Assembly: GCA_044222185.1 (NCBI GenBank)
Contig: JBGANV010000002.1
Coordinates: 704,001-768,000, forward strand
Direction: 5' to 3'
DNA from: Planctomycetota bacterium
GTDB lineage: Bacteria; Planctomycetota; GCA-002687715; CAIWVZ01
Length of the DNA: 64,000 nucleotides
The first letter of the stretch is position 1. The number at the start of each line of letters is the position of its first letter. Of this stretch, positions 27,565-35,663 are shown piece after piece. Both the position numbers and the translations under genes were made by a program. The notes under the pieces were generated by a model that saw only the letters and a program-made list of their open reading frames with translations, had not been told where the DNA came from and made no database searches.

Positions 27565-30189
27565 TCAACCGCCGGTGAGGGCCCGCACCGGCCGCGCACC
27601 CGTGACGCCATTCGCGGTCGACGGGCTCAACGCGTTGCGATGGGACGACCGCGTCCGCATCGTCGAATCCATGAGGCTGCCGCCGCGAGCGACACGCAGT
27701 TCCTGGATCGCATCGCGGATGAGTCCGTCGCCATCGCGGAAGCCGTTGGCGTAATTTCCCAGACGATCCTCGCACCACTCGGCCACGTTGCCGTACACGT
27801 GGTGCAGCCCGAACGGATTCGCCCGGAGGCTGTTGATCGGCGCATAGCGCGGGAAGCCGTCGTCGAAGTCCGGCCAGTCCATCGTCTCTCGCCAGGTCGC
27901 GCCGGCGCGCTTGGCCGAGAGATCGGCGATGTTGACGCTGCCTCGCAACGACTCGCGCTCCCGTCCCGTCCACCACGGCGAGTCCGTGTCGCCACGCGCG
28001 GCGTATTCCCACTGAGCCTCGGTGGGGAGTTTGAGTCCGAGATGGGGGAGAGTCAGGCGACACGCCACGTGGGAGGCCCAGCCCAAGGGCGACAGCGTCT
28101 CTCCCATGTTGACCGTGAGCTTGGGGATCTCGATCGCGTGAGGGTTCGGGTCATGCTCGGTCGCCCGTGCCCACTGATCGAGAGACATCTCGAACTTGGA
28201 GATGAAGAACGGGTCGAGCCGCACGCGTGTCACCGGCGATTCCGTCTCGGCGGCCTGGCCGTCGAATCTCGCTTCGAATTCGTCTGCGGCCTGAGCGCCG
28301 ATGCGTGTCTCGCCTCCCGGCAGGAGCACGAGGACGATCCCCGTCGATTCCGTGATCGGGAGCGTGCCGTCTGCCGTCCGGGTGGGAATCGGACCGACGT
28401 GGGTACGCAGGTGCAGGAACTCCTGCAGCTTCGATGCCGGGTTTGCTCCCAGCGGCACGAGGCCGACCTGCGGAACGAGCTTCAGTCCGCGAAAGCGAGG
28501 ATCCGCGGCCACTTCGCGAGCGCACCGCTCCCACGCCTCGCGGTGGTCGTCGATGGAGCGGCGTTGGAGCGCGGCCGCGAACTCCATGCGTTCTTCGATG
28601 CTGGTGAGCGTCCCGGTGGCCGTCGTCATGGCGCTCAGGTCGTCGACGAGTTTCGCCAGCAGGTCGTGCTCCCATTGTTCCGCCGTGGTTCCGAATCGGG
28701 GTGGCGCCGTGGACGTCGCTGGATCCCACCGTGCCCGCTTGCGCAGGTCGTTCAGCGTCGCGACGTGCATCCCCAGCCGCGTGAGGAGCGAGCGGGCCTC
28801 GTCGCGCCACGCCGTGAGGGCCGGAAGCTGGGGAGGCTCCGCCGGCCAGAGATCCGCGGCGCGCGCGACGAGCTGGTCGACGAGCTTCTGATCGGAGAGC
28901 CGCTGGAGCTTCTCGAGCGCGACGGTCTTGGCTGCGGCTTCGTCGACCGCGAGACTGGCGACGTGGTTGGCCCGGTTGCGCTCGGAGATCGCGAAACACA
29001 GACCGGTGACGAGCGAGACCAGCGCGAGCCCGGCCATCGTCACGGCGGCGAGATGGCGCCGAACGAACTTCCGCGCTCGGTACACGGCGCTGGGGGGCCG
29101 CGCCAGGATGGGCTCGTTCGCCAGCGCGCGGCGGATGTCAGCGGCCAGTTCGGAGGCGGTGGCGTAGCGCTGCTCCTTGTCCTTTTCGATGGCGCGTGCG
29201 GCGATCGTCTCGACGTCTCCGCGGAGCGCCGGATCCACGAGTCCGAGGCGCGGAGCCTCGTGGTCGCGGATCGCCGTCAAGGCGTCGAAGATCGCAATCC
29301 CCGTGACGGCGTGCGGCGGCTTGCCGGCGAGGAGTTCGTAGAGCATCACGCCGATGGCGTAGACGTCCGTTCGCGTATCGACGGCGTGCGGGTCCCCGAG
29401 CGTCTGCTCCGGACTCATGTAGGCGAGCGTGCCGAGGATCTCGCCGGCGGTGGTCGAGAGCGTGGCGATCCCCAGCTCCTTCTCGTGGAACCGTGCGACG
29501 CCGAAGTCGAGGATCTTGACCTGACCCGCGCGATCCACGAGGACGTTCGCCGGTTTGAGGTCCCGGTGGACCACGCCGCGCTGGTGTGCGTGCGCGATGG
29601 CGTCGCAGATCGAGGCGATGAGCTCGAGCCTCGCGCGGAGGCCGAGCTGCGCAGCTCGTGCGGCTTCCGTGAGCGGCACGCCGTCGATCAGCTCCATGGC
29701 GAAATAGGGGACGTCTCCGGACGCGGTCGGGTGAAGCCCGGCCTCGTACACGTGCGCGATGCCCGGATGGTTGAGGATCCCGAGGACCTCGGCCTCGAGC
29801 GCGAATCGGTGACGGAGGGCCGCCGACCCGAGGCCGCTCCGCATCATCTTCAGCGCGACGCTGCGGTTCGGGTGCTCCTGCCGAGCCTCATACACCGTCC
29901 CCATGCCACCGGAGGCGACGACGCGAACGACCGTGAACGGGCCCACGAGGGTCCCCGGCTCGAGGACGGCGCCGTGCGCATCCGAGAGGGGGGGCGACTC
30001 CGGTCGCAGGGCGCAGAACGTGTCGTCGTCCGCGTCCTCGTCCAGCAGGGCGCGCAACTCGCGCTCGGTGTCGGGCTGCTTCGCGCGCAGCTCCTCGAGC
30101 CACGCCGCGCGATCCTCGGGGTCGAGACCGCGGGCCGTATGGAAGAGCGCTTCGAGGCGCTGGAACTCGTCTCTGCGGGACTGGTTCAA
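27565..30189 (-). CDS. Ser/Thr protein kinase with TM helix and C-terminal FGE-sulfatase-fold domain
   Basis: GGMGTVY, VALK, HRDLKPAN, DFG, YMSPEQ; later LPTEAQWEYAAR, NPFGLHHVYGNVAEWC, RGGS. TTG start overlaps the ECF stop (TTGA). Confidence 0.92.
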   Translation of the reverse strand: MNQSRRDEFQRLEALFHTARGLDPEDRAAWLEELRAKQPDTERELRALLDEDADDDTFCALRPESPPLSDAHGAVLEPGTLVGPFTVVRVVASGGMGTVYEARQEHPNRSVALKMMRSGLGSAALRHRFALEAEVLGILNHPGIAHVYEAGLHPTASGDVPYFAMELIDGVPLTEAARAAQLGLRARLELIASICDAIAHAHQRGVVHRDLKPANVLVDRAGQVKILDFGVARFHEKELGIATLSTTAGEILGTLAYMSPEQTLGDPHAVDTRTDVYAIGVMLYELLAGKPPHAVTGIAIFDALTAIRDHEAPRLGLVDPALRGDVETIAARAIEKDKEQRYATASELAADIRRALANEPILARPPSAVYRARKFVRRHLAAVTMAGLALVSLVTGLCFAISERNRANHVASLAVDEAAAKTVALEKLQRLSDQKLVDQLVARAADLWPAEPPQLPALTAWRDEARSLLTRLGMHVATLNDLRKRARWDPATSTAPPRFGTTAEQWEHDLLAKLVDDLSAMTTATGTLTSIEERMEFAAALQRRSIDDHREAWERCAREVAADPRFRGLKLVPQVGLVPLGANPASKLQEFLHLRTHVGPIPTRTADGTLPITESTGIVLVLLPGGETRIGAQAADEFEARFDGQAAETESPVTRVRLDPFFISKFEMSLDQWARATEHDPNPHAIEIPKLTVNMGETLSPLGWASHVACRLTLPHLGLKLPTEAQWEYAARGDTDSPWWTGRERESLRGSVNIADLSAKRAGATWRETMDWPDFDDGFPRYAPINSLRANPFGLHHVYGNVAEWCEDRLGNYANGFRDGDGLIRDAIQELRVARGGSLMDSTMRTRSSHRNALSPSTANGVTGARPVRALTGG

Positions 30190-30764
30190 GGCGTGGGTTC
30201 GGTGCGCAGTCGCGACTTGAGCCACGATCGGGCGAAGCTCCAGTCGGCCTTGACCGTCGCGGGCGAGATGTCGAGGGCGCGTGCCGCCTCCTCCACGCTG
30301 AGCCCCGCGTAGTACCGGAGCAGGACCACGTCGTGCTTGCGGCGGTCGAGCGTCTCCAGCTCGGGGAGGAGTTCCTCGAGTGCGAGGACTTCATCCCACT
30401 GGGTTTTCTGGGGCTGACTCACGCCCGTGAGCGGGACGCGCTCCCGGTCGCCACCGTGCTTGCCGCGACGCGCCTTGCGGGCCCGCTCCACGAGGATGCG
30501 CCGCATGGCGCGCGCAGCCGACCCGAAGAAATGCGACCGGTGTTCCCAAGGGGTCGGGTGCGGCCCCATGAGTCGCACCCATGCCTCATGCACGAGGGCC
30601 GTCGGCTCGATCGTCTGGTCGCTGCCTTCGCGCGCGAGGTGGCGCCGCGCCAGGCTTCGAAGCGTCTCGTAGATGAGGGGGAGCACTTCGTCCGCGGCGG
30701 CGGCGTCGCCATTCCCGGCGGCTTTCAAGAGTTCGGTCAGACCTTCGCGATCGGGCAGGTTCAT
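30186..30764 (-). CDS. ECF sigma factor, kinase-associated (ECF43 / TIGR02999-like)
   Basis: LLKAAGNGD, TIEPTALVHEAWVRL, AARAMRRILVERAR..KHGG, LRYYAGLSVEE, TVKADWSFARSWL. Confidence 0.92.
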   Translation of the reverse strand: MNLPDREGLTELLKAAGNGDAAAADEVLPLIYETLRSLARRHLAREGSDQTIEPTALVHEAWVRLMGPHPTPWEHRSHFFGSAARAMRRILVERARKARRGKHGGDRERVPLTGVSQPQKTQWDEVLALEELLPELETLDRRKHDVVLLRYYAGLSVEEAARALDISPATVKADWSFARSWLKSRLRTEPTP

Positions 30765-30991
30765 GCGACTGCATGAAGCTTAGCCCACGCTGCGACGGCC
30801 GGCAGGCGCGCCCCATTCGCCCTCCCAGGGGCCGTGCGGTTTCGCGTCGGCGTCAAGGCGATGGGCGCCGAGACGGAGCGCGAGCAGCCTCGGACCTGCG
30901 TCGTGGCCCGGGAAACGCGCGCTTCGACGACGGTCGCGACCGCCGTCGGGCGATGGGCCCGGCGATTGCTTCTGTCGCGGAGAGTGCCTCC

Positions 30992-31831
30992 ATGATCCAC
31001 CGCCTCATGACCACGTTGACCCTCGCCCTGGTGCTCGGGCCGCTCCTTCGGGCCGACGAACTGCATCTGAAGGATGGCCGCGTGTTCGAGGGCAAGGTCG
31101 TGTCGCGCACCGATCGGGAGCTCGTCTTCCGCACCCGTACCAGCGAGATCACCTTCGAGCTCTCCCGGGTGGATCACGTCGTGCCGAAGACGACCGTCTT
31201 CGACGCGTACGCCGAGAGGACGGCGCGGCCCCTCTCGGTTCCCGAGCGGGAGGTCCTCGCGCAGTGGTGCAAGGACCAACGGCTCACCCGCGAGTGGCGC
31301 ACCGAGCTCGACAAGATCCTCGCCGTCGATCCCGACAACGCATTCGTCCACGACGAGCGGGGCGAGGTCCGGGTGGAGGGGCGATGGCTGCCGCGCGATC
31401 AGGCCATGCCCAAGCTCGGTTACGTGAAACGCGCAGGGAAGTGGGTCACCACCGCCGAGGCCAGAAAGATCGATGCGGCCGACGCGGAGAAGAAGCGCCT
31501 CGCCGCGTTGCAGCGGCGGCTGAACGATCTGGTGTCGGCTCTCTTCGACGAGTCGCAGGCCGCGTCGGACGCGGCGCTCGTTCGCCTCTTCGACATCGCG
31601 AAGAAGGAGGACATCGCTGGCCTCGATGACGTCGTGCGTGCGCTGCACTCGGCTGCCAGGCGCGTGCGCACGGGCGCCGACGTGCTCACGGAAGTGCGAT
31701 TGCAGGACACGAAACTCCTCGGCATCGAGAAGCGTCAGGTGAGCCTCGCGAGCGGAACTCCCGTGACGATCGAGTTGCCGCGCACGCGCAGCGTGAGCCT
31801 CGGCACGACGGTGATCATTCCCGCGCGGTGA
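30992..31831 (+). CDS. Secreted hypothetical protein with secretin-like C-terminal beta-hairpin
   Basis: GGAG upstream; signal peptide then DELHLKDGRVFEGKV; LAQWC...DPDN...GRWL module; ends SLASGTPVTIELPRTRSVSLGTTVIIPAR. Confidence 0.7.
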   Translation: MIHRLMTTLTLALVLGPLLRADELHLKDGRVFEGKVVSRTDRELVFRTRTSEITFELSRVDHVVPKTTVFDAYAERTARPLSVPEREVLAQWCKDQRLTREWRTELDKILAVDPDNAFVHDERGEVRVEGRWLPRDQAMPKLGYVKRAGKWVTTAEARKIDAADAEKKRLAALQRRLNDLVSALFDESQAASDAALVRLFDIAKKEDIAGLDDVVRALHSAARRVRTGADVLTEVRLQDTKLLGIEKRQVSLASGTPVTIELPRTRSVSLGTTVIIPAR

Positions 31832-32379
31832 TCGCGTCGAACCTTCGCGAGACCTCGTGCGATGGGGGACGTCCCACGTGTGTCGCCGGTGTGGCCCACG
31901 CGTGGTTCGTCTCGACCTGGTCCGTAGAGATGATCCTGCTGCGTCACACCGGCGACGTCATGTCTGCGCAGCGTGGTGATGCCGACACCCGATGAACGCC
32001 GGCGTCCTTCGCCACGTGGCCGTCGCTCCGGCGCGTCACCATGTGCCGGTTGCCTGCTGCGACGGCGACGTCGCTGCGCGCCCTCATCAGTGCGTGCTCG
32101 TTGCACTCACGGAACCACGCATATCCTGAAGCCACGACCGACCGGGATCGGAGGCGAACGAGCGAGACGCGGTCGCCCGGGTTCGTCGTGGCGGGGAACC
32201 CGCGCATCCACCTGAGCGCTACCCCGCAGTAACCCCGAGGGGACGACTGCCCGGGGACGGGAAATCAGCCCCGCCGCGACGAGTGCAGGCAATCGATGCC
32301 CCGCGCGGGCGGACCGGGCCAGCGGAACAGGGTTTGCAAAGGCCTCGTGCGCGATCCCGCGCGAGGCTCGGAGTCATCC

Positions 32380-33561
32380 ATGCGAATCTCAACTCTCGCC
32401 GTGGCGGTGTGGTCTCTCGCGGCACTCGTCCACGCCCAGTCGATCACCGTCTCGCCATCGGTCGTCAACCCGGGGACGACGCTCACCGCCGTCGTCTCGG
32501 GGACGCCGACGGTGCCCCTCCATCTCAACGGCACGCGCGCATTCCTGCTGACGGCGACGGGGGATCTCGTCACCCCGCGCTTCAAGCAGGGTCATACGAC
32601 CACCTTCACGGCAACCGGACCCCCGGGCGAGACGGCGCAGCTTCAGGTCCCGGCTTCCGGGCCCGGGTCTACCGGATCTCACGTCCTCTTCGTGCCGAAT
32701 TCGACGACGATCTCGGGGCCGTCGGGACCGCCCGGCTTCGCTGGCCTCGCCGCGCGGATCGACGTGGGGGCGCCAACTCCCGGATTCCCCGCGCTGCACC
32801 CGTTTCCCATCAATCTGGTGTCCGGCTTCGGCTCCTATGCGACGTTCGGCCTGTCGATCCTCGGACCCGCAGAGTGGTGCTTCGCGAACACGTCGCCCGT
32901 CCCGATCACGCTCGGGCCAACCGACGTCGCGCGCGTGTTCGTCCCAGGCGGTACGGCGCCGCTCGTCACGACCTCGCTCACGGGGATCACGATTCCCCCT
33001 TCGCAGGTGATCTCCTTCGTGATCATCGGAGCGGCGTTGCCCGCGGCGCCCTACACGGTCCAGATCGACTGGCTCGATCCGTTCGTGGGAGCGGCGTCGG
33101 TGCGCACGGGAATCCGCGGATCGAACCTGGGGTTCGGTGCCGATCTTCACCTCCCCGCGGGGCGCACCGTGGCGCCGGGCGGATCGCTCGACGTGTACGC
33201 CGACATCCCGGCCCTCTCCGGCGCGCCCAGCTTCTTCCTTCTCGTGGGATACCAACCGGGATCGACCACCGTTCCGGGCGGGGCGGTGGTCCCACTGGTG
33301 CCTGACGAACTCGTGCTCGCATCGCTCGCAGGTTCGCTGGCGCCCTACCTCCCAGGAGCGTCGGGTACTGCGGTGCCGTTCGGTCCTGCGTGTGCGGGCT
33401 ACTGCGGACCGGGAACCATCGCGACGAGTCTGGCGAGCGGGATCTCCGTGACGCACCCTGGCCCCGTGGCTTCCGGCCTCGTGCTCAGACTCGCGCTCGT
33501 CGCGTTCGTCGCGCCGGGCCAGTGGATCCCGACGCAGGGTCAGGAGATCACGCTCTTGTGA
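32380..33561 (+). CDS. Secreted beta-rich protein with (divergent) shared C-terminal module
   Basis: GGAG upstream; signal peptide MRISTLAVAVWSLAALVHAQ; ends VTHPGPVASGLVLRLALVAF...PTQGQEITLL. Confidence 0.75.
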   Translation: MRISTLAVAVWSLAALVHAQSITVSPSVVNPGTTLTAVVSGTPTVPLHLNGTRAFLLTATGDLVTPRFKQGHTTTFTATGPPGETAQLQVPASGPGSTGSHVLFVPNSTTISGPSGPPGFAGLAARIDVGAPTPGFPALHPFPINLVSGFGSYATFGLSILGPAEWCFANTSPVPITLGPTDVARVFVPGGTAPLVTTSLTGITIPPSQVISFVIIGAALPAAPYTVQIDWLDPFVGAASVRTGIRGSNLGFGADLHLPAGRTVAPGGSLDVYADIPALSGAPSFFLLVGYQPGSTTVPGGAVVPLVPDELVLASLAGSLAPYLPGASGTAVPFGPACAGYCGPGTIATSLASGISVTHPGPVASGLVLRLALVAFVAPGQWIPTQGQEITLL

Positions 33562-33675
33562 CCGCGCGCAGCCGCTCGTCCGCGTGGTGTTCCGAACTCG
33601 CGCGGGCGGGCCTCCCACGTGCGTCGCTGGCCCGCCGCGCCAGCGACGTCATGGCAGGGTGTGGGCGCCGCGCGA

Positions 33676-35550
33676 TCAGGGGACGAAGACCGTCGTCTCG
33701 GGGTTCGACATGCGGAGTCCGCCGGCGATCGTGGGGTCGGACACGACCGCTTGAAGCGTGATGGTCGCTCCCGTGGGGACCGTCGCCGGGACGAGAATCG
33801 TCTCCAGCCCTTCGCCGTTCGAGTTCGCGATCCCGGAAGGACCACCGGCGAAGCCGTTCACGATGAAGATCGGCGACGCGCTGAGATTCAGGTTGATCAG
33901 GCCGGGGCCGACGGCAATCCCGGGCGACGACGCGATCCCGACCGCGATCGCATAAGGCGAGTTGGCGTGCGCCGTCACGCCGGGGAACACGGGGATGCCC
34001 ACGCGCACCGGGCGCGGCGCCGCGGTCCCGAATCCGGCGCGGCCAGCCCAGTTGTTGATCCGCAACGTGGCGCCGCAGTCCGGTGGTTGTGCGCCAGGCG
34101 TGTTGGGCCCGTTCTGCACGTACAAGCGAGCCTGATCGGCGATCTCGTCCGTCGCGATGATGTCCACGTCGCCATCCCGGTCCAGGTCGACCAGGGTCGT
34201 GCACGAGCCCGCGGAGGTCGACGGCAGCGTCGTCGGCGGACCGAACGCCCCGGCACCGGTGTTGAATCGCACAGTGTAGTTCGACGATCCGTAGTTCGAC
34301 ACCACGCAATCGAGGTCGCCATCGCCGTCGAGATCGGCGAGGTCCACCGCGGCCGGGAGGTTTCCCACGCCGAAGGTCGTGGCTGCGCCCAGACTCCCGG
34401 CGCCATTGCCGAGCATCACGCCGAGCGTGTTCGTTCCGCGGTTGGCGGTGACGACGTCCACGTTCCCGTCACCATTCAGATCGCCCGTGGCGTTCTGGAA
34501 CGGCCCGCCGCCGCACGCGCGTGTCACGCTGATCGTGAACCCGCCAGCTCCGTTCCCGAGCAGGACCGTGACGCTGCCCGAGCCGAGGTTGCCGACGAAG
34601 AGGTCCGGTTTGCCATCGTTGTTGGCGTCGGCGACGGAGACGTTGTCCGGGCTCACGCCGCCACTGGAGATGCTCAGAAGCTGCGTGAAGGCGCCCGTGC
34701 CGTCGTTGGCGAAGGGGATGATGGCGGAGTTGTTCGCGGCGACGACGTCCTGGTCGCCGTCGCCATCGAAGTCGAGCACCGCGACACCGTGCGTGTACCC
34801 GCCAGTCGGGTACGTGACCGGTGGCAGGAATCCGCCGGAGCCGTTGCCCAGGTAGATGGAGATCGCTCCGCCGCCCTGATTCCCCGTCACGAGATCCATC
34901 CAGCCGTCGCCGTTGAAGTCACCGCCCTCGTTCGGACTGGGCTCTTGTCCGGGCGCCGGGACGATGGTCATGGGGCCGAACGTTCCACAACCGTCGTTGT
35001 GGAGCACGCGGATGTCGTGCGCGACTTCGTTCGGGGCCGTGATGTCCGGGCTGCCGTCGCGATCCACGTCGCCGCCGAATACGCCGTAGGTCGCGATCAG
35101 ACCTTCTCCTGGCTGTCGCAGCGCGATGGTCTGCTGAAGCGAGAATGCCGCCGTGCCTGGAGCCGGCCGGCCCCAGAAGTGCGAGAAGAATCCGCCCGTC
35201 AGCGCGGCTCCCGTGGCCGAGTGCACTGACGATGCGACGCGCACCGTGACGTTTTCGCCCGGGAAGTACGGTCGCGCCGGTTGGAAGACGACGTGATTGC
35301 TGCCGGGGCCGACGGTGAGCGTGCCGGAGACGTCGCCGCTCCAGCGGCCCGCGACCTTGATCGATGCGGACGTCACGGTCGCCGGATTGACGGCCGCGCT
35401 GAAAGTCAGTTCGACGGGATCGGCCGTCGACGAGAGGTTCGAGTTTCGGCTCGGCGTCACGGCGGTGACGGCAAATGATTGGGCGATGGCCGCTTGGATC
35501 GCCAGGAGGCTGATCGCAACCGAAGCCAGGTAGGGTCGTGGCGTGGACAT
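33676..35550 (-). CDS. Secreted FG-GAP/VCBS repeat protein with N-terminal Ig-like domain and shared C-terminal module
   Basis: Start moved to MSTPRP (GGAGAG upstream); VELTFSAAVNPATV; seven repeats (GDVDRDGSPDI, GDFNGDGWMDL, LDFDGDGDQDV, ADANNDGKPDL, GDLNGDGNVDV, ADLDGDGDLDC, VDLDRDGDVDI); ends VPATVPTGATITLQAVVSDP...GLRMSNPETTVFVP. Confidence 0.9.
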   Translation of the reverse strand: MSTPRPYLASVAISLLAIQAAIAQSFAVTAVTPSRNSNLSSTADPVELTFSAAVNPATVTSASIKVAGRWSGDVSGTLTVGPGSNHVVFQPARPYFPGENVTVRVASSVHSATGAALTGGFFSHFWGRPAPGTAAFSLQQTIALRQPGEGLIATYGVFGGDVDRDGSPDITAPNEVAHDIRVLHNDGCGTFGPMTIVPAPGQEPSPNEGGDFNGDGWMDLVTGNQGGGAISIYLGNGSGGFLPPVTYPTGGYTHGVAVLDFDGDGDQDVVAANNSAIIPFANDGTGAFTQLLSISSGGVSPDNVSVADANNDGKPDLFVGNLGSGSVTVLLGNGAGGFTISVTRACGGGPFQNATGDLNGDGNVDVVTANRGTNTLGVMLGNGAGSLGAATTFGVGNLPAAVDLADLDGDGDLDCVVSNYGSSNYTVRFNTGAGAFGPPTTLPSTSAGSCTTLVDLDRDGDVDIIATDEIADQARLYVQNGPNTPGAQPPDCGATLRINNWAGRAGFGTAAPRPVRVGIPVFPGVTAHANSPYAIAVGIASSPGIAVGPGLINLNLSASPIFIVNGFAGGPSGIANSNGEGLETILVPATVPTGATITLQAVVSDPTIAGGLRMSNPETTVFVP

Positions 35551-35663
35551 GGGCTCTCCGAGATCTCCGTTCCGAGGGGCTGGACGTAGTTCTATAGACA
35601 ACGGAGAGCCGCGTGGGGCGGCCTGCTCGGGTGGCAGGCCTCGCGTCGCGACCGACCGGCCTC

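Noticed and set aside
27565-28450. FGE-fold domain as a diversity-generating retroelement target
   Set aside because: No reverse transcriptase and no template-repeat copy of the 3' end seen in the window.
31832-32379. Long intergenic region as a possible riboswitch (a GGGGTTAC fragment on the minus strand recalls c-di-GMP-I)
   Set aside because: The other conserved elements could not be found and the orientation is opposite to the downstream gene; an Rfam scan would settle it.
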